A DNA stretch of 64,000 nt from Cetorhinus maximus (lineage: Eukaryota), in the NCBI RefSeq assembly GCF_964194155.1, contig NC_135905.1:15066001-15130000 (forward strand), read 5' to 3'. Shown here one piece after another: positions 28,101 to 40,129 of this stretch; position 1 is the stretch's first letter, and each line of letters opens with the position of its first letter. The translations under genes and the position numbers were made by a program. Under the pieces are notes generated by a model. The model was not told the origin of the DNA and searched no databases. It saw only the letters and a program-made list of their open reading frames with translations.

Positions 28101-29338
28101 TGTTTAACTAACTTGCTGGAGTTTTTTGAGGAGGCAACAGAGAAGGTTGATAAAGGAAACACTGTTGATGTGGTGCATATGGATTTTCAAAAGACATTTG
28201 ATACAGTGCCACACAACAGACTTGTGAGCAAAATTCTAGGTCATGGAATAAAAGGGAAAGTAGGCACTTGGATAAGAAATTGGCTGAGTGACAGGAAAGA
28301 AAATAGTGATAAATGGTTGTTTTTCAGATTGGAGGAAGGTTTGTAGTGGAGTTCCTCAGGGGTCAGTGTTAGGACCCTTGCTCGTCCTGACATGTATTAA
28401 TGACCTAGACTGTGGTGTGCAGGGAATGATTTCAAAATTTGCAGATGATATGAAGAAAGGAAATATTGGCAACTGTGATGGGGATAGTCTTGAACTTCAA
28501 AAGGACATAGACATGTTGGTGGATTGGGCAGACAAGTGGCAGATGAAGTTCACTGCAGCGAAGTGTGGGGTGATTCGTTTTGGCAGGAAAGATATGGTGA
28601 GGCAGTATAAAATAAAGGGAGAGCTTCTAAAGGAGGTGCAGGAACAGAGGGACCTTGGTGTATACGTACATAGGTCATTGAAGATGGCAGGGCATGTTGA
28701 GAGAGCAGTTAATAAACCATATAATATCTTAGGCTTTATTAATAGGGGCATTGAGTACAAGGGTAAGGAGGTCATGTAGTTAGGTCTCATCTGGAGTGCT
28801 GTGTCCAGTTCTGGGTGCCATACTTGAGGAAGGATGTGAAAGTACTGAAGAGAGTACAGAGGAGATTCACAAGAATGATTCCTGAGATGAAGAGCTGTAG
28901 CTATGAGGATAGATTGGAGAGGTTGGGACTGCTTTCCTTGGAGAAAATAAGGCTGAGAGGAGACTTGATAGATGTATTCAAGGGGTACGGACAGGGTAAA
29001 TAGTGAGAAAATTTTCTCACTCAGGAAAACATCTAGAACTAGAGGGCACAGATTCAAAATAATTAGCAAAAGGAGTAAATGTGATGTGAGGAAAAAAAAT
29101 TTCACCCAGAGGGTGGTTGGAGTTTGGAACAAACTTCCTGAAAAGGGTGGTGGAGACAGGTTCGATCGAGGTATTCAAAGGGAATTGGATTGCTATCTGA
29201 AAAGAGAGATGTGCAAGGTTACAAGGATAAGGCAGGGGAATGGGACTAGGTGGAATGCTCTTTCAGAGAGCCAGTGCAGACTCAATGGGCCAAATGGCCT
29301 CCTTCTGCACTGTAAAAGATACTGTGATACTGTGATAC
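25190..29338 (+). mobile_element. Near full-length decayed CR1 LINE (repetitive 5' UTR, ORF1 CxxC + SGNH esterase, ORF2 endonuclease + RT, 8-bp repeat tail)
   Basis: ORF1 ATG 25428 (HVECASCGMWE; HIGTNDI); EN YENARSMVNK..IAITETW; RT EDWRTANVTPLFKKG..NYRSVSLTS, GVPQGSVLGP, KFADD; tail gatactgtgatactgtgatac. Frameshifted. Confidence 0.95.
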
Positions 29339-29915
29339 AAGATGTTGGGACTGGATCATTACTTTATAAAACTGTTAGATTGCATAGGAGTAAAGGATTA
29401 AAATATAAAATTCCCACTCCAGTTTAATAAAGACAAGGCACACAAATGTAAATGATCATTCAATTCTCCGTCTCAATCATCATTTGGAGAGGCAGAATCC
29501 ACCTGGCACCCTTATATCATTCCTGGAACCTCAGGAAGATACCATGTCTGGAGCAGCCTGTTAATAACCTTGTTAAACCTTCATTAGAAGAATGGTGTGG
29601 ATATCTTGGGGCAGGACAGATAAGAGGAACTCACTCACTTTGGTGGAATTAAGATAATGGATAACTGGCTGACTGAATGTTGAGTCAGCTTCATTCTTAT
29701 CAATAGGACAATTGAATCATGTACACTCTATCTTAGAAATGTACATAAATGTGAACAAGATGTAATCCTGTAATGCAGGAAGGTTACTCAAGAGACATGG
29801 GTGCTCAGATTGACAGGAACAGATTTTCCGATCCCAGGGAGGTTGTGGGTAGAGTTTCAGTCCAGACACTGGGAATTCCTCACATGCTGCATGGTTTTGA
29901 CTACACAGCATGTGA

Positions 29916-30204
29916 CTTATTTATCACCCATCCCTAATTGCCCTTGTCTAGAGGGCATTTAAGAGTCAACCACATTGCTGTGGGTCTGGAGTCACATGTA
30001 GGCCAGACCAAGTAAGGACGGCAGATTTCATTCCCTAAAGGACATTAGTGAACCAGATGGGTTTTTTACAACAATCGATAATGGTTTCATGGTCATCATT
30101 AGACTTTTAATTCCAGGTTTTTATTGAATTCAAATTCCACCATCTGCCATGGCAGGATTCGAACCCAGGTCCCCAGAGCATTACCCTGGATCTCTGCAAT
30201 ACTA
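29916..30204 (-). mobile_element. tRNA-headed SINE, apparent internal-deletion derivative of the 34.3-37.5 kb LINE
   Basis: B-box GGTTCGAATCC at 30165-30155; body matches 37255-37480 and joins directly to the LINE 3' tail. Confidence 0.8.
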
Positions 30205-30347
30205 AATTATTAAATAACGAACATGCTTCTTAAGAGCCATTTGGCTGCTCACCCCCTTGTCCCGCCTCCATTAAATCCAAAAGTGTCTGACTGGAGACAA
30301 ATTGAGGTCAGGTTTGAGATTTTAAATGTTTTTATATCCTAGCCCAT

Positions 30348-30357
30348 CCATATTTGG
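30348..30357. promoter_or_regulatory. Perfect CArG box CCATATTTGG upstream of DUSP13A
   Basis: CC(A/T)6GG about 560 bp upstream of the ATG, in non-repeat sequence; function inferred. Confidence 0.4.
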
Positions 30358-30919
30358 GTGTTAAAATTAACTCATTGTTAAACACATTGTTTCCTAACTA
30401 AGCTTGCTTGGTGGTAAATACTTTAAGGCATTCTACTTTGAATAAATGAACGTGGCGTGTGAGTTTTGCTGTTATTGATTGATCTCAGAGAAGCCAGTTG
30501 ACTAATTAACAATATGATTATTCTTATGAAGCTGTAACCTAGCTTGTGCCTGTACGAGGAACATACTTTAACATTAAATGTCATTCCCAGAGGGTAGACA
30601 GAATCTTTTTGAGAGTACTTTGTCCCAATATTTTTTTTTAACCAATAATAAACTGAAATGACAAAGTTCTTGTCAGAAATTGTTCATTTATTTTAACTTC
30701 CATTGTTTCCTGAATAGCATTTTACTTTGGTACCTGTAAGATCTGAATTTAGATACTGAATTAAAATATTGTGTGACTTAGCAGAATCTGTATTTGCATC
30801 TGTTCATAAAGATCACAAAGTTTGGATATGATCCAAGGCTGGCAGGGAAGGACTCCAACACAGTCAACACTGAACAGTCCTCCTGAACCACAGAAATATC
30901 AAAACAAACCCAGCTTATA

Positions 30920-31089
30920 ATGACATCAAAAGACGTAACTCAGGCCAGCGGCAATCTCACTTTTTCCAAGAACTCTGGCCCAAATGTCAACACTCCCACA
31001 GTCACAGAACTGGAGGAAATCTTACTTAACAACAGAGTTCCACTCAGCCGCATTGACGAGGTCTGGCCTAACCTATACATAGGAGACAT
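30920..31089 (+). CDS. DUSP13A: DUSP13A (MDSP) coding exon 1
   Basis: MTSKDVTQASG..TPTVTELEEILLNNRVPLSRIDEVWPNLYIGD; in-frame upstream TGA; donor GACAT|gtaagt; 170 nt, phase 2. Not in the ORF track (short). Confidence 0.9.
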
Positions 31090-31368
31090 GTAAGTACCAA
31101 ACAGCAGAAATAGTGCTGGCAAGGTCACTGTTTTGAGAAACACTGATTAGGTGAAACCTGTGAGTGGGCAGGTGGGCGGGGGGGGGGTGCGTGGTGCAGG
31201 TGTTGGGCAGGAGAAAGAAGCTAAGATCTCTTCAGAGTGTCTAAATCATCATATTTTAAATTGTGTTCAGTGTGAGGCTGGTGGAGCCTTCCAAACTCTC
31301 ACTTAAAGGCTGGCTTAATCTTTTTGTAAACTGCCCAGTTCTGGTATGTGCTTCTTATAAAAGTTTAG

Positions 31369-31437
31369 CAGCTGTATTGTGGGGGAAAGAAGAATGGAAA
31401 CAAAGGGCTTTAAGCTCTGTTTCTGTGCCAAATATGG
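31369..31437. promoter_or_regulatory. Candidate muscle enhancer in intron 1: E-box CAGCTG (31369) and CArG CCAAATATGG (31428)
   Basis: Motifs seen directly; function inferred from muscle-restricted expression of mammalian MDSP. Confidence 0.4.
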
Positions 31438-32027
31438 ACTATTTCACAAAATCAGGGGGATTCTCACTATTCTTTTATGTAGAGGTAAAAAAAAAAGGGT
31501 AGAAAAAATAACAAGGCAATCCATGCCAGTCATACAACGAGTAGAAAGCTGATGATTAGTAAAGGGATTCCTGAAGAAGAGGAATAAAAGTAATTTGCAA
31601 AACTGTAGGTAAAGTTAGAGGGGCAATAGGCTTGGTGAGGTAACCGAGAGGGGGGGTTAATTCTCCCTACCCTCTCCAGCCTTTGACTTTGTGGATAAGG
31701 ATTTCTCAGTTTGGGGATCCATGCGATTGGTCTCCACAAACATATGGTCAACCGGCTTTCCAGCAGCAGTTTGGCCATATGCAGCTCGAGGCAAAGACTG
31801 CAATTGTGTTTTTCATAATTGCCTGGATCGGTGTTCAAAAAATATCTCTGGAAACTCATTGCTAGAAAGCTTCACTGCTTTATAAAATGATGAGAAGATT
31901 GCTATGATCCAAATAATTCAACAGTGAGACAGAAAACAACTTTGAACGATCTTCAGCCAAAGAGCAATAAACCTAAGATCAATGCCTAGTACAGATGACA
32001 CTGGACATTGAGGCATGAATAAAATAA

Positions 32028-32156
32028 AAGCAAAACACTGCAGATGCTGGAAATCTGAAATAAAAAATAGAAAGTTCTGGAAAACTCTGCAAGTCTGGCA
32101 GTGGAGAGAGAAACAGAGTTAACGTTTTGAGTCAAATATGACCCTTCTTCAGAACT
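32028..32156 (-). mobile_element. Penelope-like short repeat with degenerate hammerhead motif
   Basis: Minus strand AGTT-CTGAAGA-AGGGTCATATTTGACTC-AAAAC-GTT-AACT. Confidence 0.6.
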
Positions 32157-32439
32157 TTGAAGCTTGGGTTCTGCTCCAGCATTCCTCATGTGGCGAGTTG
32201 CCCCAAGTGTAGCCAGGAAGTCCTATGAGAAGTTGAGCCTAGACCAGACCTTTTTTATCAAAGAAAACGGATAGTCAGAAAGTTGAGTCAATGCTGTCAC
32301 TCTCAATCGTTCATGATTGCATTGTGACCGGGACCCAAGTGGGGAAGCCCCTGTGGCTATCTCACCAAGCCGAACCAGGTTAGCATGTTGTGGGAAAGAT
32401 GAAGGTCAGTGTGAAACTTGACAATTAGCCACAAGGAGG

Positions 32440-32723
32440 ATTACATCCCGCCTGTGGATGAGGTTCCATGAAAAATGCGAGGGCCACCTGGGCTCTTCGC
32501 CTGCCCATCGCCAACCTTAAGGTTGGACGGTCAGCTCAGTTTATTACTTTAATTGATATTTGAACGGCCTTAATAGGCCTTTGACAGTTCATTGGGCACC
32601 CGCCGAACTGAAAATCTAAATCACGTGCGGTGATGTCGGGACGCCCGCTCGATGTCACTGCGCATCATTTTACGCCTTGGCGAGTGGGCCCCGCCCTTGC
32701 TCACCGAGCCGAAAATTCTGGCC
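32440..32723. mobile_element. Partial GC-rich Harbinger-type MITE
   Basis: Similar to 44020-44282; ends in the TIR aaaattctggcc. Confidence 0.7.
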
Positions 32724-33174
32724 AGGAGTTCTTAACTCAGAGTTTGAGAGATAAGCAGATGAACAATTCCCAGAGGTTCCCTTAAGTAATTTCTAGTGCA
32801 ATCAATGTATGTCAAAGTGAGTAAGGGAACACCAGGATGCTAAAGTAACAATAAATAAAACAACAGATGTAAATTGCCTGGCTTGCTGCTTACCCAATGA
32901 ACCACAACCTGCAAACTTATGTTTCAACAAAGTAGCAGTGTCATGGGTTATAGAGATCGGAAACATTACACTAAACACTTTGATTCATGTGTCAGGTGGC
33001 AGAATAAGCTAGAACAGTTGTTTTACCTCCAAGGGCTGACTTGATTCAAGCCAGAGGGTGTGGTGATGATTTGACATTTCTGAAACAGTTCCCTATCACT
33101 GTGGGCATGAAACTATTGGAGAATTTAGTACAAATTGACAATCCTTTCAGAGAGGCTGCTAAATATGATGATAT

Positions 33175-33650
33175 AGAATCATGGAGTCATTTACAGCACA
33201 GAAGGAGGCCATAGAGTCGACGACTGGATTGCTCTATGGAGAGCCAGCAGTCTCATTCCCCCACCCTTGTAGTGCTCTACAAGTTTATCTCTTTCAAGTG
33301 TCCATCCAATTTTCTTTTGAAATCATTCTGCAAAATGGAAAATTCCATCCATCGCCTCTGCTCGTGGGCAGCAAATTCCAGGCCACTGCACACACTAAGT
33401 AAAAGTTCTTCCTCACACCCCTCCCCCTCTATCTTTTGCCCAAAATCTTAAACCTGTGTCCCCTAGTCCTTGCATCATCAGCTGATGGGGACAGTCTTTG
33501 CTTGACTACCTTATCCAAATTTGTCATAATCTTGTGCATGCCTATCAAATCTCTCCTCAATCTCTTTTGCTCCACCTTCTCCAATCTAACCTTGTAGCTA
33601 AAATCCCTCCTCTCTGCATCCATTCTGGTAAAGCTCCTCTGCACCCGCAA
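33175..33650 (-). mobile_element. CR1 3' fragment
   Basis: RVQRSFTRM..RTRGHRFKILGKR on the minus strand. Confidence 0.75.
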
Positions 33651-33917
33651 AAATCCTCACTGGGTGCAATGAGAGGTATTTTGGGCTGGTGAGAGTAAAG
33701 GGAACATTAATTTACTTCTGGGTGTGCTGTACCTGATAAGGGAGAATTTAACACTGACACTATTGCGTCCAAATTGGGAAAGTGAGCTATTTTCATAACC
33801 AGGCTCCCTTCACCTTGAGAAGCACTTCACCCACTGTACAAGAAACAGTACTCAAATTGCATTGTAAACATGTTTGTACATTCATAAAATATTTTCTGAT
33901 GTATCTTGCCTCATTAG

Positions 33918-34135
33918 GACAATAGCCCCTGACAGATTCCGCCTGTGGAAGTTGGGTATCACTCATGTGTTAAATGCTGCACACAAACAGGTTGCGTCCA
34001 GTGGATGCCAAGATTTCTATGGTACCAGTGTGGATTATTATGGTATAGCAGCTTGTGACTTACCAAATTTTGACATTACTTCATATTTCTATTCTGCAAG
34101 CGACTATATACATCAGGCACTTGATATATTGGGAG
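33918..34135 (+). CDS. DUSP13A: DUSP13A coding exon 2
   Basis: tcattag|G ACA ATA..; DRFRLWKLGITHVLNAAHK..DFYGTSVDYYGIAACDLPNFDI closely resembles mammalian MDSP (RFELWKLGITHVLNAAHK, DLPDFDI, as recalled); donor GGAG|gtaaga; 218 nt; phases join exons 1 and 3. Confidence 0.93.
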
Positions 34136-34327
34136 GTAAGAAACCATTCTAACATTTCAAATAATCTTATAAACTGTCTTGATTCTTGATTGCATTATAA
34201 AAGGGAAAAAATGATGTGCATAATGTTCTCCCAGTAACTCAGCTGATTAAGGTAATTATTAATTGAACTATATAAACTGGAGCAGTCCTAGGTTTAATCC
34301 TCAATCTATATAGTTCTGATATTAACT

Positions 34328-37300
34328 TTTTTTTATTCGTTCAGGGGATGTGGACTTCGCTGGCTGGGCCAGTATTTATTGCCCATCCCTAGTTGCCTTT
34401 GAGAAGGTGGTGGTGAGCTGCCTTCTTGAAGTGCTGCAGTCCATGTGGTGTAGGTACACCCACAGTGCTGTTAGGGAGGGAGTTCCAGGATTTTGACCCA
34501 GCAAAGTGAAGGATATATTTCCAAGTCAGGATGACGAATGACTTGGAGGGGAACTTCCAGGTGGTGGTGTTCCCATCTATCTGCTGCCCTTGTCCTTCTA
34601 GATGGTAGTGGTCGTGGACTTGGAAGGTGCTGTCTAAGAAGCCTTGGTGAATTCCTGCAGGGCATCTTGTAGGTGGTACACACTGCTGCTACTGTGCGTC
34701 GGTGGTGGAGGGAATGAATGTTTGTGGATGTGGTGCCAATCAAGCAGACTACTTTGTCTTGGGTGTTGTCAAGCTTCTGGAATGTTGTGGGAGCTGCACT
34801 CATCCAGGCAAGTGGGGAGTATTCCATTACACTCCTGACTTGTAGATGGTGGACAGCCTTTGGGGAGTCAGGAGGTGAGTTACTCATCACAGATATTCCA
34901 AGCCTCTGACCTGCTCTTGTAGCCACAGTATTTATGTGACTAGTCCTGTTCAGTTTCTGGTCAATGGTAACCCCCAGGATGTTGATAGTGGGGGATTCAG
35001 TGATGGTAATGCCATTGAACATCAAGCAGCGATGCTTAGATTCTCTCTTGTTGGAGATGGTCATTGCCTGACACTTGTGTGGCGCAACCTTGTCAGCCCA
35101 AGCCTGGATATTTTCCAGGTTTTGTTGTATTTGAACATGGACTGCTTCTGTATTTGAGGAAGTGTGAATGGTGCTGAACATTATGCAATCATCAGCGAAC
35201 ATCCCCACTTCTGACCTTATGATGGAAGGAAGGTCATTGATGAAGCAGCTGAAGATGGTTGGGCTGAGGACACTACCCTGAGGAACTACTGCAGTGGTGT
35301 CCTGGAGCTGAGATGATTGATCTCCAACAACCACAACCATCTTCCTTTGTGCTGGTATGACTCCAACCAGCAGAGAGGTTTCCCTTTAATTCCCATTGAC
35401 TCCAATTTTGCTAGGGCCCCTTGATGCCACACTCGGTCAAATGTGGCCTTGATGTCAAGGGCAGTTACTCTCACCTCACGTTGGGAGTGCAGCTCTTTTG
35501 CCCATGTTTGAACCAAGGCTGTAATGAGGTCAGTAGCTGGGTGGCCCTGGCAGAACCCAAACTGAGCATCAGTGAGCAGGTTATTGCTAAGCAAATGCTG
35601 CTTGATACCACTATTGATGACCCCTTCCATTACTTTACTGATGATCGAGAGTAGACTGATGGGGCGGTAATTGGCCAGGTTGGATTTGTCCTGCTTTTTG
35701 TGTACAGGACATACCTGGGCAATTTTCCACATCACCAGGTTGATGCCAGTGTTGTAGCTGTACTGGAACAGCTTGGCTAGGGACACAGCAAGTTCTGGAG
35801 CTCAATTCTTCAGTACTATTGCCGGAATATTGTCAGGGCCCTTAGCCTTTGCAGTATCCAATGGCTTCAGCCATTTCTTGATATCACGTGGAGTGAATTG
35901 AATTGGCTGAAGACTGGCATCCGGAGGAGGCCGAGATGGATCATCCACTCGGCACATTTGGCTGGAGATTGTAACAAATGCTTCAGCCTTATCTTTTGCA
36001 CTGATGTACTGGGCTTCTCCACCATTGAGGATGTGAGAATGGGGATATTTGTGGAGCCTCCTCCTCCAGTGAGTTGTTTAATTGTCCACCATCATTCATG
36101 GCTGGATGTTGCAGGACTGCAGAGCTTAGATCTGATCCATTGATTGTGGGATCGCTTAGCTCTGTTATCACTTGCTGCTTATGCTGTTTGGCACACAAAT
36201 AGTCCTGTGTGATAGTTTGACCAGGTTGACACCTCATTTTTAGATATACCTGGTGCTGCTCCTGGCATGCCCTCCTGCACTCTTCATTGAACCAGGGTTG
36301 ATCCCCTAGCTTGATGGTAATGGTAGATTGGGGGATATGCCAGCCCATGAGGTTACAGATTATGCTCAAGTGCAATTCTGCTGCTGCTAATGGCCCACAA
36401 TGCCTCATGGATGTTCAGTCTTGAGTTGCTAGATCTATTCAAACTCTATCCCATTTAGCACGATGGAGGGTACCCTCGATATGAAGGTGGGACTTCGTCT
36501 CTACAATGACTGTGCAATGGTCACTCCTATCGATAATGTCATGGACAGATGCATCTGTGGCAGGCAGGTTGATGAGGATGAGGTCAAGTATGTTTTTCTC
36601 TCTTGTTGGTTCCCTCACCACCTGCCGCAGTCTAGCAGCTATGTCCTTTAGGACTCGGCCAGCTCAGTCAGTAGAGGTGCTACCGAGCTACTCTTGGTGA
36701 TGGACATTGAAGGCCCCCACCCAGAGTACATTCTGCATCCTTGCCACCCTCAGTGCTTCCTCCAAGTGATGTTCAACATGGAGAAGCACTGATTCATCAG
36801 CTGAGGGAGGGCGGTATGTGGTAATGAGCAGGAGGCTTCCTTGCCCATGTTTGACCTGATGCCATGGGACTTCATGGGGTCCAGACTCGATGTTGAAGAC
36901 TCCAAGAGCAACTCCCTTCTGATGAATACCACTGTATCACCACCTCTGCTGCGTCTGTCCTGCCAGTGGGACAAGACATACCCAGGAATGATGGTGGTGG
37001 AGTCTGGGACATTACCTATAAGATATGATTCCGTGAGGATGACTATGTCAGGCTGTTGCTTGACTAGTCTGTGAGATAGTTGTTCCAATTTTGACACTAG
37101 ATGTTAGTAAGGAGGGCTTTGCAGGGTCGACAGGGCTGAGGCTGCCATTGTTGTTTCTAGTGCCTAGGTCAATGCCAGGTGGTCCGTCCGGTTCCATTCC
37201 TTTTTTGAGACTGTAGCAGTTTGATAGAACTGAGTGGCTTGTGAGGCCATTTCAAAGGGCATTTAAAAGTCAACCAATTTGTTGTGAGTCTGGAGTCACA

Positions 37301-37518
37301 TGTAGGCCAGATTTCCTTCCCTAAAGGGCATTCGCGAACCAGATGGGTTTTTACAACAATCAGTTCATGGTCATCTCATTAGACTTTTAATTCCAGATTT
37401 TATTGAATTCAAATTCCACCATCTGCCGTGGTGGGATTCGAACCCCAGTCCCAGGAACATTACCCTGGGTCTCTCAGTTACTAGTCCAGCAACAATACCA
37501 CAATGCCATTGCCTCCCC
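34328..37518 (-). mobile_element. Full-length single-ORF CR1-group LINE (APE endonuclease + RT) with tRNA-like Pol III head; decayed copy in DUSP13A intron 2
   Basis: EN: SHRLVKQQPDIVILTESYL, PTREKNILDL; RT: NYRPISLLSIISK, LDIKATFDRVWH, VPQGSVLSP, MFADD. A-box-like 37508-37498, B-box 37444-37434, A-rich tail, TSD ATTAACT at 34321-34327 and 37519-37525. Confidence 0.9.
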
Positions 37519-38084
37519 ATTAACTGCCTTAATTAGTCACTCCTGAGTTTGTACATCTATCAGAGGCTCTCTACTTGGCTTTACCACCCTTGGTTAGGAC
37601 AGGGAAATCAATCAGGACTCCATCTCCTGATGAATATTCAGTAATTACTTTTGGAACTGCATGTTAGGGAGTTCAAGAACCTTTCAAGTTTAACCAATCT
37701 TTATGTATCAAGGATTGACCTGGCCATGTCGGTGACACAACAATGTCAAGTTTCAGACTTTGGTCTTATAATTGGTTGAAAAACAAAAACGGGCATTGAA
37801 GCTGGGTTTCATTAAAAATAAAAAGAGACCATCAATTCACCGACTGCCTGCACTTAAATCTGAATTCCAGAGCTTAAAATCCAACATGTTTCACAACCTG
37901 TGCCTCTGTTTGTTTCACCTCATCTCTTTTCCCAAAAAAAAACCCCATTAAATCCCATTTGGAGGTGGTGGGTGTGAGGTGGGATGGCAGGTTAGTGGTG
38001 TCAACCTTTTAAAAAATGGAACAGAAACAAAAATAGCTGGAAAACTTCAGCAGGTCTGACAGCATCTGTGGAGAGGAAGACAGA

Positions 38085-38121
38085 GTTAACGTTTCGAGTC
38101 CGTATGACTCTTCATCAGAAC
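38085..38121 (-). ncRNA. Minimal hammerhead-ribozyme-like motif within a Penelope-like repeat (38023-38121)
   Basis: Minus strand GTT-CTGATGA-A-GAGTC-ATACG-GACTC-GAAAC-GTT-AAC: core CUGAUGA/GAAA, 5-bp stem II, short stem I, palindromic AACGTT in place of stem III. Activity unknown. Confidence 0.55.
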
Positions 38122-38399
38122 AGACTTTTAAAAAATCGACTTCCATTGTCTCAAATGAAGGCTTGCTGTTATTTAGTGAATTGAAAGCTCAAATAATGAA
38201 GACTGATCTCTGATGTGTGCAAATATATCAAACAGAAGGGCTTCTTCTGAACAATGACCTCTGGAGACACAGAGCACTCAGAAGAATAAATTCATCAGCA
38301 ATGTATCAAGGTTTAATTTACCGCTGCAGTAATTCAAGATATCTAAAAATGCATTCAGAGTAATCACAAGAATTAGACTGACTGACAACTGGGGACAAA

Positions 38400-38765
38400 T
38401 AGGACGCTTAAAATCGTGAAGGGTTTCGAAGAGGGAATAATGAGGAACGGTTTCCAACGTCTGAAATATTGCTTGACCAGAGGGCACAGATTTAAGGCAA
38501 TTTCCAAAAGAACCTGAGGTGATATGGGGAAAACTGTTTTATGTAATGAGTAGTTAGGATTTGGATTGCCTGATAGGGCGGTGAGTACAGATACAATATT
38601 TATCTTCAAAAGGGAATTGGATAAATATCTGAAAGAGAAATACTTGCAGGGATATGAGGGAAAGATTGGGACAGTGGGACTAACTGGATTGTTCTTTGAA
38701 AGAGCCAGTGTAGGCTCAATGGGCCGAATGCCCTCGTTCTGGGCTATACGCTGATCCTATGAAAA
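38400..38765 (+). mobile_element. CR1 3' fragment
   Basis: accagagggcacagatttaag.., FKRELDKYLKEK. Confidence 0.75.
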
Positions 38766-38865
38766 TGCTGAACCGTTGTTATTCAGTGAAACTTTTCAAC
38801 ACAATACTGAACATGAGAACGGAATAATTTAAACATTTTTAATTCACAGGAAGTTTAATATTTTA

Positions 38866-40070
38866 ACTTAGAAGCAGCTCAGAGAAGGTTCACTTGACTG
38901 ATTCCTGGGAAGAAGGGGTTATCTTATTAGGAAAGGTTGGAGAGGTTGGGCCTGTATCCACTGGGGTTTAGAAGAACGAGAGGTGACCTTATTGAAACAT
39001 ATAAGATCCTGAGGGGACTTGATAGGGTGGATGCTGAAAGAATGTTTCCCCATGTGGGAGAGTCTAGGGGCAGAATTTTTAGGTTGGTGTGCGGGCGTGT
39101 GCTGAACCCAATCAAACGCAAAATCACACGAGATGACATCGGGTGAGTGTCCCGGCATCACCCAGCGCTTGCGCGATATTTCGGTCAGCCGGCACGCGCA
39201 GAAGTCGGAAGCACGCCTGCCGACAATTAAAAGGCCAGTTAGTATAATTAAAGTTGCAATTGTCCCCGATTTTTCGTGGTCCCTCCAACCCTTACGGTAG
39301 GCGGACGGGCAAATCGGCCAGGCGGACTTTGCATTTTTCGTGAAACCTCATCCAAGGGCAGGATGAAGTTTCCGTTATTAAACTAAAAAGAATAAAAATC
39401 TAAAGACAGAATTTTTATCATATATATGTTCAGGTGACGGATTGTGATGCTTGGACAGTTTTCTCCTGATTTTAAAAACTTTATTTAATTGTTTTCAGGT
39501 CTTCAGTTCCCCGAGGCAGCTCTCTGCCTTCGGGGAGCTTTCATTCAGCGCTCGCTCACCCCCGCATTTACGTCAGCGCCCACCCTCCTCCCACCCCCAC
39601 TCCGGCAGCGCTGAGCATTTCAGCGCGCGCTTCACGCTGGCCGGCCGTTAATTGGCCAGCCAGTGTGAAATCACAGTTGGGGGCCGATCGCAATCGGTGG
39701 TCTGTTCCCCAACTGAACCCGAACCCGAACCCGAACCCACCGATCTAAAAATTCTGCCCTATAACTATAGAGACGCAATTTAGAAATAAGGAGTCTCGCG
39801 TTTAAGATGGAGATGAGGAGGAATTCCTTCTCTCAGAGGGTCGGTAGTCTTTGGAATTCTCTACACCAGAGAGCAGTGGAGGCTGGGTCATTGAATATAT
39901 CCAAGGCAGAGGTAGATAAATTCTTGACTAACAAGGGAGTCAAAGGTTATTGCAGGTAGGTGTGAACATGTAGTTGAGGCCACAATCAGATCAGCCATGA
40001 TCTTATTGAAGGGTGGAGCCAGCTCGAGGGGCTGAATGGCCTCCTCCTGCTCCTAATTCATATGTTTGTT
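38866..40070 (+). mobile_element. CR1 3' fragment interrupted by a MITE
   Basis: LERLGLYPLGFRRTRGDLIETYKIL..GESR, then CR1 sequence resumes after 39762. Confidence 0.85.
39068..39759. mobile_element. PIF/Harbinger-type MITE nested in CR1
   Basis: TIRs gggcagaatttttaggttggtg / caccgatctaaaaattctgccc (20/22 match); 3-bp TSD TAG/TAT. Confidence 0.85.
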
Positions 40071-40129
40071 TGCATTTTATCTGGGCCAAAGCAAAACATA
40101 CTAAACCCATTTTTTTAAAAATTGTCTAG

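Noticed and set aside
27159-29132. Minus-strand ORFs up to 211 aa
   Set aside because: Antisense shadows of CR1 ORF2.
37434-37518. Stand-alone tRNA gene
   Set aside because: No convincing cloverleaf or terminator; it is the head of a retroelement.
39713-39738. (GAACCC)n telomere-like run
   Set aside because: Only about 4 units, inside a MITE, and not TTAGGG; local slippage.
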